A stretch of 63,954 nt of DNA, the filler included, from Conidiobolus incongruus B7586 (taxonomy: Eukaryota), in the NCBI GenBank assembly GCA_000697335.1. It is 10 parts of 10 records of this genome, joined end to end, with 100 filler letters (N's around TTAATTAATTAA, not from the genome) between each part and the next. Parts side by side here need not be neighbours in the genome. Positions count along the whole stretch, not along the records: positions 62,025 to 63,954 come from JNEM01006729.1; 9 more parts are not named here. One strand, written 5' to 3'. Each line of letters starts with the position of its first letter. The first letter of the stretch is position 1. Under the pieces are notes generated by a model. The model did not search any database and was not told the DNA's origin. It worked only from the letters and a program-made list of their open reading frames with translations. Of this stretch, positions 62,153 to 63,954 are shown piece by piece. The position numbers and the translations under genes are program-made.

Positions 62153-63724
62153 TACTTACCTATAAAAGTAAGTTATAAAATCAAAAACAATTATATTTTT
62201 ACTAATAACTTGATTAATAATTAATAAAATAAACTTAAATTAAATAATTAAAATCTATTATATTTATTAATAATATATATCATTATATAATGATATTTAA
62301 CTATTAATTGGTTAAAATATAAACATTTAAATTTTACCTAAGATAAGTTATAAATTTATAGGTTTTTAGTGATAAAAAAAATTAAAACTTAATGTATCTA
62401 CCTTTAACTTTTCTAACATCTTTAAGTTTGTGGGGTATAAAATCAACTAACTTTTTACACTAAGAAAAATTATTCTTATTCTATACTTCTTAAACATATT
62501 TTTAAAATTAATCTAAATTTTTTGTTAGGGGAAAAACTTTAATAGCTTTTTTTAACTAATCCTAAAGGTGTTTAATTAGGTTAAGGTTAAGAAATTAAAA
62601 AAACCACTTCATAACTATTATCTTGTTATTTTTAAACTATTTGGTAGTAAAAGTTATAGTATAATAAAAGGTATTATCTTATTAAAAAATAATATTAGAT
62701 TTGTTTAACCTATATTATTCAATAGTTTTTTTTAATTCATTATTTAAAATATTTTAGTAAATTTTAGTATTAATTCCTTTATTAACTTTATAAAGATACT
62801 TTATACTTAAAAACAATATATATCCTTAAACAATAATTAACCTACTATTATACTTTTAGGTAAAATTAACATGATAGTTATAAAGTAATTTTATATCTTT
62901 TCTAAAGCATTTAACTTTTTTATTAAATTTACTAAAGTATATTTTTGTTTCATTAGATTAAATAACATTATTCTAATTAGTTTTAATTTAATATTAGTAG
63001 TGATATTTAAACTCCTACCTAATTTTATAATAGGATTTTTTTAGTTAAGGGTGTTTTTTCTTAAAGTGTAAGTAATATCTATACTAATATAAAATATATA
63101 TAATAATATTAGTGTTAACTAATATTTTTATATAGTCTTATAGTTCCTGTTATATTTCTACAATAGTATTATATTTGCTTATATTAACTAACTTATATAT
63201 ATACTTCTTATTATATTCATTTATAATCCTAGCATATTTAAGTTTAAGTTTAATTATGTTTTTATTGTTATTTTTAACAACTTTAGCTATAATAAACTAG
63301 CTAACACTAGTAATTCTAACAATATTATAAGTTGATTTACCTTTTTTATAAAGTTAATTGATACACAAGTAGATTTTTTTAAAGAGGGAATTAAATATAA
63401 TGATACTAATAAAAAAAATTTTATATATCTATAAAATATTATATAAAATAATAGCAAAGAAAGAAAAAAGATATGGTTATATATTGTTAAATATATCCTT
63501 TTATCTTAAAAACCTGTAAATTTATAACTTATCTTAGTTAAATATTAAAGGTTAATATTTTTACTAATAATTTACTAAATATATCTAAATATATTTATTT
63601 ATAATCAAATAATATACTTTAATTATATATTATAACTTTAAGTAAATTAATTTATACAATTGTTTTAATTATTAATTAAAATATATATATGTTTGATTTT
63701 ATAACTTATTTTTGCAAGTTAGTG
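62153..63724 (-). mobile_element. Tc1-like relic, copy 3, full length
   Basis: TA + TACTTACCTATAAAAGTAAGTTATAAAATC ... TTTTGCAAGTTAGTG + TA; collinear with 50527-52099. Confidence 0.9.
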
Positions 63725-63954
63725 TATAATATTAACAATATAAAAATATAATTACAAAATTAAATATTATTTCATTAATAAATATATTAACCCTAATATA
63801 ATACAATTTATATTAGGTAATATTAAATTACTATAATATTTATAAAATATAATTTTAATCTTTTAAAATAATATAAAAGATTAAAAATAATTAATATTTA
63901 AAAAAAAAGTCTAATTATTAGAATAATTAAAATCTTATTTATTTTATTAATTTT

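Noticed and set aside
1..63954. CRISPR arrays, rRNA, prokaryotic operons or defence systems
   Set aside because: None seen; the window is intron-containing eukaryotic DNA.

Overview
Very AT-rich eukaryotic genomic DNA with short GT-AG introns. It is a scaffold with nine artificial 100-nt gap linkers (N44-TTAATTAATTAA-N44). Fungal-type genes plus true ferritins suggest an early-diverging fungus (inference: Zoopagomycota, Conidiobolus-like). Genes: a Pho4/NUC-1-like bHLH factor, an ING-family PHD protein, an 80-aa tail-anchored microprotein, a secreted CAP protein, three eIF5A-family genes (two canonical and nearly identical, one divergent without the hypusine loop), a Dhr2/DHX33-like helicase, an orphan, DIB1, RPS10, INO1, a CDK-derived pseudokinase, two ferritins, tRNA-Trp(CCA) and tRNA-Lys(CTT). 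Features not evident from the ORF track: a RAD57/XRCC3 pseudogene, eight DD34D mariner relics and three DD34E Tc1 relics, with the transposons riddled by RIP-like C>T/G>A transitions. The best candidate for a new system is a ~560-bp solo-LTR-like repeat sitting 12-25 bp upstream of two different tRNA genes, suggesting a Ty3-like, Pol III-targeted retroelement. Other highlights are the hypusine-less eIF5A paralog (a HEX-1-like route) and a ferritin paralog with an intact ferroxidase centre but a remodelled three-fold iron-entry channel. All calls were made by eye; no database searches were run.
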